Origin: Granulicella sp.
GTDB taxonomy: Bacteria; Acidobacteriota; Terriglobia; Terriglobales; Acidobacteriaceae
Reading direction: 5' to 3'
Length of the DNA: 64,000 bases
Assembly (NCBI GenBank): GCA_035568455.1
Contig: DATMOB010000022.1
Coordinates: forward strand, 4,733-68,732
Below are positions 39,128-48,053 of this stretch, piece by piece (position 1 is the stretch's first letter; each line of letters opens with the position of its first letter). The notes under the pieces were generated by a model, which was not told the DNA's origin, ran no database searches, and saw nothing but the letters and a program-made list of their open reading frames with translations. Position numbers and translations under genes: made by a program.

Positions 39128-39345
39128 ATTCGCGCCCCGGCGAGCTGAGCACGGAACTTGATGCGAACCCCGTCATACTCATCATCTTCTTTGATTCTCG
39201 TTCCTTCGACAGACTGGCTATCAAAGAGAATGCCGTCATCTTCCGCGACTTCGCAGATTGCACGGACAACCTGTTCTACGTCGGCGATGGCAGAGGAGCC
39301 CCAGCCAAGCAAGTCCAGGTCTCTGGTGGGTCGATGGCTCCGGAC
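39128..39345 (-). pseudogene. Internal fragment of an AbiEii-family nucleotidyltransferase toxin
   Basis: HRPTRDLDLLG...RAICEVAEDDGILFD...IKEDDEYDGVRIKFRAQLAGARI; both ends missing. Confidence 0.7.
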
Positions 39346-39514
39346 TGCTTCCACTTCGAGCTGCTCGACCGTAAGTTTGAGCAGCGTTTCAAGGACCCGA
39401 ACGACGTGCTCATTGACGCGAAGCGCCTCCAAGAACGACGGGCTGCTGAGGAGCACGACGTACTCAGCGAAGCTGACCGTATCCGCAAGCAACGTGCCGC
39501 CGAAAGCGACGCGC

Positions 39515-39803
39515 TACTACGACAGCCTGATCCATCGTGCAGTCCCTTTGAACAACAACGTGCTGGGCGCACTGAAGGGCAGCTCGCTGGCGCTGGGTGT
39601 GTACTCCTGGCTGGCCAACCGCCTCCGTCGCGTCTACAACCGCACTGGTACAGGGACGTAAGAACTTCAAGAAGAAGTTCGAGATTGCCCTTGCAGATGT
39701 CCTGAAGCTCTACCCAGCCGCGCGGATCGAGCCGTGCATCCGTGACGGGGAGAACATCGGCAAGCGGCTCCGGCTGTCTACTCCCCCGGTTGCCGAGGGT
39801 TGA
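39515..39803 (+). pseudogene. Plasmid-type RepA C-terminal relic
   Basis: YYDSLIHRAVPL...ALKGSSLALGVYSWLANRL, then a frame change to NFKKKFEIALADVLKLYPAA...RLSTPPV. Confidence 0.65.
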
Positions 39804-40079
39804 ACTTAGGGAGGGGCGGTGCTCATGACCAAGATGAAGCACCGCCTCACTTTAGCCATGCTGAATCGGGACACCGTACCTCAGTTTTCGACGCCTGACA
39901 AATGTGGAATTTTGATCTGTAGCGCCCACCCATGATGAATCGCCCCCCGTCTAGGCCTTCTAGGGCAGTTCCGCGTCTACGGGCACCTAAACGCGTTTTA
40001 GCCTTTTGGATGCCTAGAACTATCGGCAAAGCGTCCATAAAACCCCTGAAAATACCCAGTAAAACCGGGTGTTTTGATC

Positions 40080-40355
40080 CTATCGAAGTTTTGAAACCTG
40101 ATCTTGGGTCAACCGGAGGAAGATCCCGCCGCGTCCGGCCTTGATACCCATCTCCAACATCTGGCGACTCTCGAGCGTAGAAAGTCCATCGCCGCGCTCA
40201 GCCAGCTCCGTGATCTTGGCCGGATCGGAGAAGCGGAGGATGCGAGGCAGGGGCGAGCCAGCTCCATCCGGAAGGAACACGCAACGCCAGGACGAACCGT
40301 CGAGACGGAACCGGAGGTACACGCGGGTGTAGCCGTCATGTCGCTGGGGTCGCAT
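40080..40355 (-). CDS. Small hypothetical protein (91 aa)
   Basis: Globular-looking ORF (VYLRF...WRCVFL...PLPRILRFSDPAKITELAERG...GRGGIFLRLT), divergent from brnT. Confidence 0.6.
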   Translation of the reverse strand: MRPQRHDGYTRVYLRFRLDGSSWRCVFLPDGAGSPLPRILRFSDPAKITELAERGDGLSTLESRQMLEMGIKAGRGGIFLRLTQDQVSKLR

Positions 40356-40450
40356 GATGCCAGTCTACCGGGGAAAGCGATTAAAAAGCGAAAGTCCAGG
40401 GCGATCCGATTTCCGTTGACGCAAGCCAAATCGTATATACACTTGGGACA

Positions 40451-40795
40451 ATGGAAGTCACCTACGCCCCGGCGAAGAGTGAACGGAACATCAAAGAGCG
40501 CGGGCTTTCATTCGAGCGTGCCGCAGATTTCGATTTCGATAGCGCAGTCTTCGGTACAGAGATCCGCAAGGGAGAGACTCGGCGGGTTGCAGTTGGGTAT
40601 CTAGACGGAAGACTGCACCTGCTCTGCTACATCCCCACGGCGGAAGGAATCCGCGTAATCAGTTTCAGAAAGACCAACGCAAGGGAGGCGAAACGATATG
40701 GCAAACCGCAAACCACTGACTACTGCAGCGGGCGAGGTTCGCGAACTCACCAAGAAAGACTTCGCTGGCTTCGTTCCGTTCTCGGCGCTGCCTGA
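40451..40795 (+). CDS. brnT: BrnT-family toxin
   Basis: AKSERNIKERGLSFE...ETRRVAVGYL...IRVISFRKTNARE, paired with brnA. Confidence 0.88.
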   Translation: MEVTYAPAKSERNIKERGLSFERAADFDFDSAVFGTEIRKGETRRVAVGYLDGRLHLLCYIPTAEGIRVISFRKTNAREAKRYGKPQTTDYCSGRGSRTHQERLRWLRSVLGAA

Positions 40796-40997
40796 GAATG
40801 AGCGGGCTGTGCTCTCATCCCGTAAACGCGGAGCGCAGCTCGTCCCGAAGAAGGTTCCCGTCTCGATCAGATTGTCACCTGATGTGGTCGAGGGACTGCG
40901 TGCCACTGGCGAGGGCTGGCAGACGCGAGCTGATGAAGCCCTTAGGCTGTGGCTGGCGACAGGTACGACGAAGGGGAAGAAGACTGCTGCAAGGTAG
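40698..40997 (+). CDS. brnA: BrnA-family antitoxin
   Basis: RGAQLVPKKVPVSIRLSPDVVEGLRATGEGWQTRADEAL RHH-type C-terminus. Confidence 0.9.
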   Translation: MANRKPLTTAAGEVRELTKKDFAGFVPFSALPENERAVLSSRKRGAQLVPKKVPVSIRLSPDVVEGLRATGEGWQTRADEALRLWLATGTTKGKKTAAR

Positions 40998-41023
40998 GCT
41001 GATAGGCATCTCACGGAGGCTGC

Positions 41024-41233
41024 ATGGATCGCGAACCGACCGAATATGAACGCTCGGGCATGGACTGGTGGAACGGTCTGGGCGAACTAGACCGTAAGTT
41101 CTGGATGATGAAGGCTGGGGATACCGGGGTGGTAGCAGACGCCTGGGCCGCATACCAGCGAGGGCTAAAGCCTGTGGCCGATATCGAGCTGACAGCAACC
41201 ATGACGGAATGGGAAGCACTAGCACTCGCTTAG
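41024..41233 (+). CDS. Small hypothetical protein (69 aa)
   Basis: GGAGG RBS upstream; Trp-rich ORF GMDWWNGLGELDRKFWMMKAGDTGVVADAWAAY. Confidence 0.55.
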   Translation: MDREPTEYERSGMDWWNGLGELDRKFWMMKAGDTGVVADAWAAYQRGLKPVADIELTATMTEWEALALA

Positions 41234-41519
41234 CTCCTCAAGCGGATCGGGTTCAATGATGGCCGAGCAGCTTAACCGCGAGTACGGCGACCCCAAGTTA
41301 TCCGGGTGTGTTCATCCGCACCGCGCACCTGGCTATGAGAACCGGAAGCCCAAACACGAGCGGGAGGACGGCAGTTACCCAGAGGCGCGCTTGCTCAAGG
41401 CCGAGCGCCGCGAGTGTGGCAAGACCTTGGAGCTTGCCCGCATGATCGAGGCCGACTATGCGCAGCGGAACGCGGCAGCTGGTCAAGAAGGAACTGTGCT
41501 ACCACTTGACCACCAGGCC

Positions 41520-41839
41520 TCGTACGAATGCGACGAAGGTCTTGTTTACCTACGCCCGGGTCTTCTCGCTCTTGTCATCACTCGCGGCCAGATATCGCAG
41601 AGTTGTTTCCAAATCCGAGTGCCGAAGCCAGCGCGAGATAGTTCGAACAGGCAGATGCGTTTGCCGTCCAGGCGATATCGAAGGTGATAGACGCCCTCGG
41701 CGCAGTAAACAGGCTTCCCATTGATGAGAGCGTGGAGTGGCCGGAGGCGGCCATTCGGTGCGGTTATGGACCGGGCGTATAGCCAAGATCCTTCAGGCGA
41801 TCGGACGCGCAGGCAGAGAGAGACAGGTGACGACCTCAT
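41520..41839 (-). pseudogene. Tyrosine integrase with a large internal deletion
   Basis: N-terminal NGRLRPLHALINGKP...EGVYHLRYRLDGKRI is fused out of frame to C-terminal VRTISRWLRHSDLETTLRYL; lies next to the tRNA att site. Confidence 0.75.
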
Positions 41840-41973
41840 GGATTAACCCCTCGGGGGCTAATGCCCAACTGCTCTCGGCAATTCCGACTATGTCTGGAAG
41901 ATTTGGTAGCACGGCTGGTAGCATCGATCGCCGTCTACCGCAAGCCATTGATTATGAATGCTTTAGAAGGTGC

Positions 41974-42065
41974 TGGCGGAGAGGGGGGGATTCGAACCCC
42001 CGATACCCTTACAGGTATGTCTGATTTCGAGTCAGGTGCATTCAACCGGGCTCTGCCACCTCTCC
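41974..42065 (-). tRNA. tRNA-Ser(CGA)
   Basis: GGAGAGGTGGCAGAGCCCGGTTGAATGCACCTGACTCGAAATCAG...GGTTCGAATCCCCCCCTCTCCGCCA; long variable arm, anticodon CGA, encoded CCA. Confidence 0.96.
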
Positions 42066-42250
42066 GTTTTGTAAGCTGTCCGACGCTCGTCCGGCAACAC
42101 CCGGAACCGGGCTGCGTGCGGCGTCGCCGATAGGACCGTCGCCGAGGCGCCAGCCTCAAAGCAACTCATCGGAACAACCTTGTACAGTCTACCGGTCCAA
42201 CCCCCGAGATGGCAACGCCAGAAGCGTTACCCTGAATACGAGAGTTCTTT

Positions 42251-43468
42251 ATGCAGCGCCTGTCCCACTGGACCCCCCAACTCGAAGACCTAATCCACAG
42301 CGAGGCTCTGGCGGCTGGCTTCCATCGTGCAGGGGTGACGAGCGCCGATCCAGACACCTCTCCGGACAGCGACCGCGAACGCTTTTCCGCCTGGATCGAA
42401 GACGGTCGCGCCGGCGAGATGGAGTATCTCAAGCGCCGCGATCCCTCCGGCGCCTTCCTGCGCAGCCATCTGCAGACCGCGATCCCTTGGGCGCAATCGA
42501 TCCTGGTCTGCGCGCTCAACTACAACGCTGCCGCCCCGCGATCGATCGATCCCGCCCCACGCACCAGCGGCTGGATCGGCCGCTATGCCTGGAGCGGCAG
42601 GAGCGGGGCCAACGCCAACCCGCCAGAAAACGCAGCCTCAGGCGCCAGCCCGCAGACCGGCGCTTCAGGGAAGGGAATTGCGCCGCCCGATCACTCCCTG
42701 ATCCCCACCGACTACCACAACGAGATGCTCGCCCGCCTACGCCTGCTTGAGACCCGCCTGCACGCCCGTGCCGACTGCGAGACGCGCTGCTACGTCGACA
42801 CCGGCCCGATCCTCGAGCGCGCCTTCGCCGCCCGCGCCGGCGTCGGCTGGATCGGCAAAAACACCTGCGTGATCAACCAGCAACTCGGCTCCTGGCTGCT
42901 GCTCGGAGTCATCGTAACCTCCCTGCCGGTCACTCCGGCTCAAGCCGGCCCATCCCTCGCCCTCGCCGCAGACCGCTGCGGCAGCTGCACCCGTTGCATC
43001 GACGCCTGCCCCACCGGCGCTCTGGTCGCGCCCCGTCAGATGGATGCCTCCCGCTGCATCTCCTATCTCACCATCGAGAAGAAGGGAAGCATCGCCGAGG
43101 AGCTGCGCGCGTCCATGGGCCGCCAGGTCTTCGGCTGCGATATCTGCCAGGACGTTTGTCCCTGGAACCGCAAGGCTCCCATCGCCGTAACTCCCGGCAT
43201 GGAGCCGCGCACAGAGCTGGTCAACCCCGAGCTCGAGGCTCTGGCGCAGTTGGATTCAGCCGGCTTCAAGCGCCGCTTCAAAGGCTCTCCGCTCGAACGC
43301 ACCGGCCGCAAGCGGCTGCAGCGCAACGTCGCCATTGCCATGGGCAACAGCGGAGGAGCGCAGTTTCTTTCCCAGCTGGAGGCCTGGGCCGGGAGCGAGG
43401 ACGTTGTGCTTGCCGATGCCGCCCAGTGGGCCATCGACCGCATCGGGACACTGCAAGCCGCTCCCTGA
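42251..43468 (+). CDS. queG: tRNA epoxyqueuosine(34) reductase
   Basis: YVDTGPILER, AGVGWIGKN, CGSCTRCIDACPTGAL, RCISYLTIE and FGCDICQDVCPWN. Confidence 0.95.
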   Translation: MQRLSHWTPQLEDLIHSEALAAGFHRAGVTSADPDTSPDSDRERFSAWIEDGRAGEMEYLKRRDPSGAFLRSHLQTAIPWAQSILVCALNYNAAAPRSIDPAPRTSGWIGRYAWSGRSGANANPPENAASGASPQTGASGKGIAPPDHSLIPTDYHNEMLARLRLLETRLHARADCETRCYVDTGPILERAFAARAGVGWIGKNTCVINQQLGSWLLLGVIVTSLPVTPAQAGPSLALAADRCGSCTRCIDACPTGALVAPRQMDASRCISYLTIEKKGSIAEELRASMGRQVFGCDICQDVCPWNRKAPIAVTPGMEPRTELVNPELEALAQLDSAGFKRRFKGSPLERTGRKRLQRNVAIAMGNSGGAQFLSQLEAWAGSEDVVLADAAQWAIDRIGTLQAAP

Positions 43469-43659
43469 GGGCCCCTCCGGCACGAACCCAGGCGCGAGCC
43501 CTCACTCTGCTAGCATCGAGGGCAGAAACTCCAGGCCCATTCGCTCCGGTGAGCAAGACCTGCCGGGGTAATCCACCCGCAAGCGGCCGGCAATTGAGAC
43601 GGGCTCCTGGGATAGGGATACTCGACAGAAATTCAGCGATCGTGCCCAAGCCGATCACC

Positions 43660-44634
43660 ATGATGGAGATGATGGAGAAGATGCAGAATACGACAGCGCC
43701 GGCCAACCCCGACCAAGCCGCTCCCCGCTCGCTCGCGACGCTGCGCCCGTCGGTGCCCTCAGGCCTCGGCAGCCAGCTCCTCGAGCTCGCCCGCTACCTG
43801 GGTCGGACCGAGGTCCACACCTACGCCTTCAGCGTCGCCGCCAACGTCATTCTTTCGCTCTTTCCCTTCATCGTGCTTCTGCTCACCATCACCCGCCAAG
43901 TCTTCCACTCTCGTTCCATGGAAGCGGTCGTCGGCGACATGATGCACAGCTTCCTGCCGGTCGGCCAGGACTTCATCATGCGCAACATGCAGCTGCTGGC
44001 GCATCCCCACAAAGGCACCCAGCTCTTCCTCCCCATGATTATGCTGCTGATCACCTCGACCGGGGTCTTTCTTCCCCTCGAGGTGGCCCTCAATCACGTT
44101 TGGGGAGTGAAAAAAAACCGCTCCTACCTGCACAACCAACTGATCTCCCTCGGTCTGGCCTTCGCTGCCGGCGCGCTCGCCATGTTCTCCGTCGCCTGCA
44201 GTACCGGCCAGAAGTCCTTGGTCACCGGGATCTTCCTGGGCCACGTCGACAACTTCGCCTTCAAGTTCCTGGCCTTCTCCTTTCTTAAGACCGTCGGCGG
44301 CATCACCAGCGTCCTGCTCTTCTTTCTCATCTACTGGATCCTGCCCAACCGCTCTGTGCCTGCGCGCGCCGTTATGCCCACCGCCATCATGGCCGGCATC
44401 CTCTGGGAGATCGCCAAGCATCTCTACATCCTCGCGCTCCCCTGGCTTGACTTCCAGTCCGTCTACGGCCCGTTCTACATCTCTGTCGGCTTGATGATGT
44501 GGGCCTTTCTCTCCGGTCTGTTGCTGCTGGCGGGCGCGCACTTCTCCGCCACCCGCTACACCCTCAAACTCGCCAGGCAGGCCGAGGCGGAGTCCGCCCA
44601 GGCCGCGGCTTCATCCATGCCGCAGAAAGCCTGA
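43660..44634 (+). CDS. YihY/virulence factor BrkB family membrane protein
   Basis: SVAANVILSLFPF, IYWILPN, WEIAK, YGPFYISVGLMMWAFLSG...LAGA; start uncertain (43642-43681). Confidence 0.85.
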   Translation: MMEMMEKMQNTTAPANPDQAAPRSLATLRPSVPSGLGSQLLELARYLGRTEVHTYAFSVAANVILSLFPFIVLLLTITRQVFHSRSMEAVVGDMMHSFLPVGQDFIMRNMQLLAHPHKGTQLFLPMIMLLITSTGVFLPLEVALNHVWGVKKNRSYLHNQLISLGLAFAAGALAMFSVACSTGQKSLVTGIFLGHVDNFAFKFLAFSFLKTVGGITSVLLFFLIYWILPNRSVPARAVMPTAIMAGILWEIAKHLYILALPWLDFQSVYGPFYISVGLMMWAFLSGLLLLAGAHFSATRYTLKLARQAEAESAQAAASSMPQKA

Positions 44635-44651
44635 GAGAGGCGAAGATTTCC

Positions 44652-46949
44652 ATGCCCAACCTCCTGCAGATGGCGTCGGAAAGGCTCGAACGATGGCTGC
44701 GAACCCCCCTGCCCCGGGGCATGACCGGCGCCGTCATCTGGCTCGTCCTCTGCTTCTTCCTCTTCTGGGCGCTGCGCTTGGTCTCCGGCGGTTGGGGAAG
44801 TCTCTTTCTCGTCCTGCAGATCTTCACCGCCCTCGCACTCGTCGCCATCGTGACACCGCTCCTGCTGCGCTTCGTCCACTCCCGGCTGCTGTGGAGCCTC
44901 AGCAGCCGTCTCGTCCTCACCTATCTGCTCTTCGGACTAGCGCCCATCGTGCTGTTCGCCACGCTGGTCTTCTTCGCCGCCTACCTGGCCGCGGGACAGT
45001 TCGCCATCCACCTCGCCGATTCCCGCATCCAGGCCGAGCTCGCCCAGATGAGCACCGCCAACAACCACCGCATCACGCAGTTGATCATGGCCATGCAGCA
45101 GCAGCGAGCGGAGGCCGAAGAGCGCTCCTCGTCGGAGCGGCGCGGAAAACTGGCTCCTCCCGTTGCCCGCGCTCTGCTCGCCGAGACCGACAGCCCCATC
45201 GCCGACGCCCTCGCTCCCGTTCTGGTCGACTCACCGCACAACCATCTCCGCCTGCACACGTCGCTCTTCCTTGACGGTGCCCCGCTGCTCGTCAATCCAT
45301 CCGACCAGGCGACCAGCTCCGCCCAAGCCCGAACCCAATCCCGATCTCAGCCCGAATCCGACGCCCCGCTCGGCCTGCCCCCCTGGGCCGTCGACCTTCC
45401 CGGAGGCCGGTTCAGCGGCCTCGTCCTCGACGACGGAGCACTCTTCCTGGTCGCCGTCGATCAGCACAGCGTCGACATGAGCCCCAATCACAGCGGCCGT
45501 AGATTGGTCGGCCGCCACCGCCTCACTCTGGAGGAATGCGTTCTCGTCGACGAGCCGCTGATGTCCATCATCGCCTCCGACCTGGGCCGCGCCACCCTCA
45601 CGCCTATCCTCACCTCGACCAAGCCTGCCGCGCATCCCCGCACCCATCTGATCTCCAGCGGCGTCCTCCCCCCGCCCGCCAATCTGATCGACATCCCGGA
45701 GCGCTTTCCCTCCGCTCTCAGCATCGTCGATTGGGACAACGGCCAGCACGCTGACATACCCATCGAGGTGCTCACGCGCCCCTCGCTCATCTCGCGCCAG
45801 CTCTTCGGCGGCTCGGTGGGAGGCATCTACACCAGCGTTTACCTGATCCTTCTCGCCGCCCTCGTGCTGATCTTCGCCCTGATTGAGGTCTTCGCGCTCT
45901 ACCTGGCCCTGCGCGTCAGCCACTCCATCACCTCCTCGGTCACCGATCTCTACGCCGCCACCCAACGCATCGACCGCGGCGACCTCAGCCCCCGCATCCG
46001 TGTCCATGGCGCCGACCAGCTCTCCGAACTCGCGCGCTCCTTCAACGACATGACCGGCTCGCTCCAGCGCCTGCTCCAGGAACAGAAGGAGAAGGAGCGC
46101 CTCCAGAACGAGCTCAGCATCGCCCAGGAGGTCCAGGCCAACCTCTTCCCCCGCGGCGACTGCGACCTCGTCTCCCTCCAGCTGCACGGCGTCTGCCGCC
46201 CCGCCCGCTCCGTCAGCGGCGACTACTACGACTTTCTCGTCTTCCACAAGGAGGCCGCCGACGGCCGTCCCTTCCGCACCAAGACCGGCGTCGGCATCGC
46301 CCTCGGCGACATCAGCGGCAAAGGCATCTCCGCCGCTCTGCTCATGGCCACCCTGCACTCCGCCGTCCGCGCCTACCGCTTCGCCAGCGAAGAGCTCGTC
46401 TACTCCGAATCGTCGCTTGCCGGCCTCACCGCCCGCCGCGAGAACACCATCGTGAGCACCTCCGAGGAGTGCGGCGAACTCTTCCAATCCCCCGGCCGCA
46501 TCCTCTCCCTGCTCAACCGCCACCTCTACCGCTCCACCCAGCCGGAGAAGTACGCCACCCTCTTCCTCGCCCACTACGACGTCCAGTCCTCCTGGCTCAC
46601 CTACGCGAACGCCGGCCAGCTCCCGCCGCTCGTGCTCGGCCGCGACGGCAGCATTCGCCGCCTCGACAAGGGCGGCACCGTCGTCGGCCTCATGGACGGC
46701 ATGCGCTACGAGGAAGATGGCTTCCGCATGCACCCCGGCGACATTCTGGTCGCCTACTCCGACGGGGTCACCGAGCCCGAGAACGACTTCGGCGACTTCG
46801 GCGAAGCCCGCCTCATCGAGGTCGTCCAGCGCTACCGCGACGAGCCCCTCCACGTCATCTCCACCCAGGTCATGCTCGCCCTCGACGCCTGGATCGGCGC
46901 CGAAGAGCAGCCCGACGACATCACCCTGGTCCTGGCCCGCCAAATCTAG
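44652..46949 (+). CDS. Membrane HAMP plus SpoIIE/PP2C phosphatase (RsbU-like)
   Basis: TM helices, HAMP (DQLSELARSFNDM), ELSIAQEVQ, SGDYYDF, GDISGKG, YSDGVTE and DDITLV. Confidence 0.92.
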   Translation: MPNLLQMASERLERWLRTPLPRGMTGAVIWLVLCFFLFWALRLVSGGWGSLFLVLQIFTALALVAIVTPLLLRFVHSRLLWSLSSRLVLTYLLFGLAPIVLFATLVFFAAYLAAGQFAIHLADSRIQAELAQMSTANNHRITQLIMAMQQQRAEAEERSSSERRGKLAPPVARALLAETDSPIADALAPVLVDSPHNHLRLHTSLFLDGAPLLVNPSDQATSSAQARTQSRSQPESDAPLGLPPWAVDLPGGRFSGLVLDDGALFLVAVDQHSVDMSPNHSGRRLVGRHRLTLEECVLVDEPLMSIIASDLGRATLTPILTSTKPAAHPRTHLISSGVLPPPANLIDIPERFPSALSIVDWDNGQHADIPIEVLTRPSLISRQLFGGSVGGIYTSVYLILLAALVLIFALIEVFALYLALRVSHSITSSVTDLYAATQRIDRGDLSPRIRVHGADQLSELARSFNDMTGSLQRLLQEQKEKERLQNELSIAQEVQANLFPRGDCDLVSLQLHGVCRPARSVSGDYYDFLVFHKEAADGRPFRTKTGVGIALGDISGKGISAALLMATLHSAVRAYRFASEELVYSESSLAGLTARRENTIVSTSEECGELFQSPGRILSLLNRHLYRSTQPEKYATLFLAHYDVQSSWLTYANAGQLPPLVLGRDGSIRRLDKGGTVVGLMDGMRYEEDGFRMHPGDILVAYSDGVTEPENDFGDFGEARLIEVVQRYRDEPLHVISTQVMLALDAWIGAEEQPDDITLVLARQI

Positions 46950-47063
46950 CCCGCATCACCGCAGCGACCAGGCTGTAGTTGCCTTTTTGGTTGTCATCCC
47001 CGAAGCGTGATAACGATTTCCTATCACAATGATTTAATTGGATATACGTCTATGATTTTGAAT

Positions 47064-47081
47064 TGTGCAGGAACTGTGCAG
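47064..47081. repeat. Putative integrase arm-type sites (left)
   Basis: TGTGCAG at 47064 and 47075, 11 bp apart. Confidence 0.6.
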
Positions 47082-47419
47082 GCAAACCGTGTAAATTTCA
47101 GCCAACCCTAAACCGCTATAGGGTCTCCTCCGTGGCTGGCAATCACTCGGGACTCAGCCATCAGTTAAGGCCGCGCCTGCGCCACGCGGTCGGAAGTGAA
47201 AGCGAAGAGCCCTCCAAGAGAAGGCCATCTGGAATTTTAAGGGTGTTGCGGTTGCCGATAAATAACTGAAAAAAGGCGTGTTGCTTCAAGTCGCTGTGAA
47301 AGTGTGTAAGCGAGTGTGCAAGTTGGCGCTGCAGGGGGCCGTAGCTGCCGCGTGCCTGCGGTGCGCCTTTCCCCCTCTGATTCGCTAACCCTGACGATCG
47401 GCGTAATGACGCGATAATC

Positions 47420-47701
47420 AGCGCGGGCGCTTCTCAGCACGGCGGAAAGCATCACCACCCCATGTTCCGTAAATGCAAGTGGTTGAAATGTCACACGTCT
47501 TTTCGATGTGGTCGCAATTTGCGACCACATCCTGTTTGCCTCCTCTGCTGAGAGCTGGAACATGAATCTGGCCGGAAACCTGTTCAGGTTTCGTTTCACG
47601 GCTTCATTGAGGCGCTTTGTCGGCACGCCATACAACTGTGCCAAATCCATATCGAGCATGACCTTCTGGCCGCGAATGACATGGATTAAAGGCTCCACCA
47701 C
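47420..47701 (-). pseudogene. ORF6N-domain protein, 3'-truncated
   Basis: IRGQKVMLDMDLAQLYGVPTKRLNEAVKRN...FPARFMFQL...AFTEHGVVMLSAVLRS; similarity is lost afterwards (the ORF runs on to 47237). Confidence 0.8.
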
Positions 47702-48053
47702 GGGGTGAACCGCTGCGAGAAAGTTTACCGGAATGTCTTTTTGCTTTTGTCATCCTGATCGCTGTAACGGTTTGTGGTCAGGCGGTCAAGACAGCCCCCG
47801 ACTGCGGCTCAAAGGGCAAGCTGCGCGCCCGCGATCTGGGATGCCGTGCTTGCCGCGTAAGAGCCAGAAGACCCGCTTCACCTCCCATCATCTGGCCATT
47901 CTGGCTATTTGCACCACAGCCTCCTCGGCTTCCCGAAAGGCCACTGTACCCGATCGGCCTTGGCTATTTGCATCAGAGCCGGAGTTACGAGCACCACGCA
48001 GCAAAAAGGCCCCAGCGCTGCAATGTCGTGGCCTTTCCTATTGCGGAAAAACT

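Larger units (their letters stand above)
37230..41988. mobile_element. Decayed integrative element inserted at the 3' end of tRNA-Ser(CGA)
   Basis: Flanked by AAGGTG[A/C]TGGCGGAGAGGGGGG (37230-37251 and 41967-41988); integrase relic next to the tRNA; repA, AbiEii and IS relics plus a TA pair inside. Confidence 0.85.

Noticed and set aside
39930-40090. Possible oriV/iterons downstream of the repA relic
   Set aside because: AT-enriched, but I could not find clear repeated iterons.
41256-41687. 143-aa + strand ORF in the tRNA island
   Set aside because: The 3' half is antisense to the integrase relic and no family was recognised for the 5' half.
47902-47980. CRISPR array call
   Set aside because: Only two imperfect 20-bp repeats and no cas genes; kept only as a low-interest finding.
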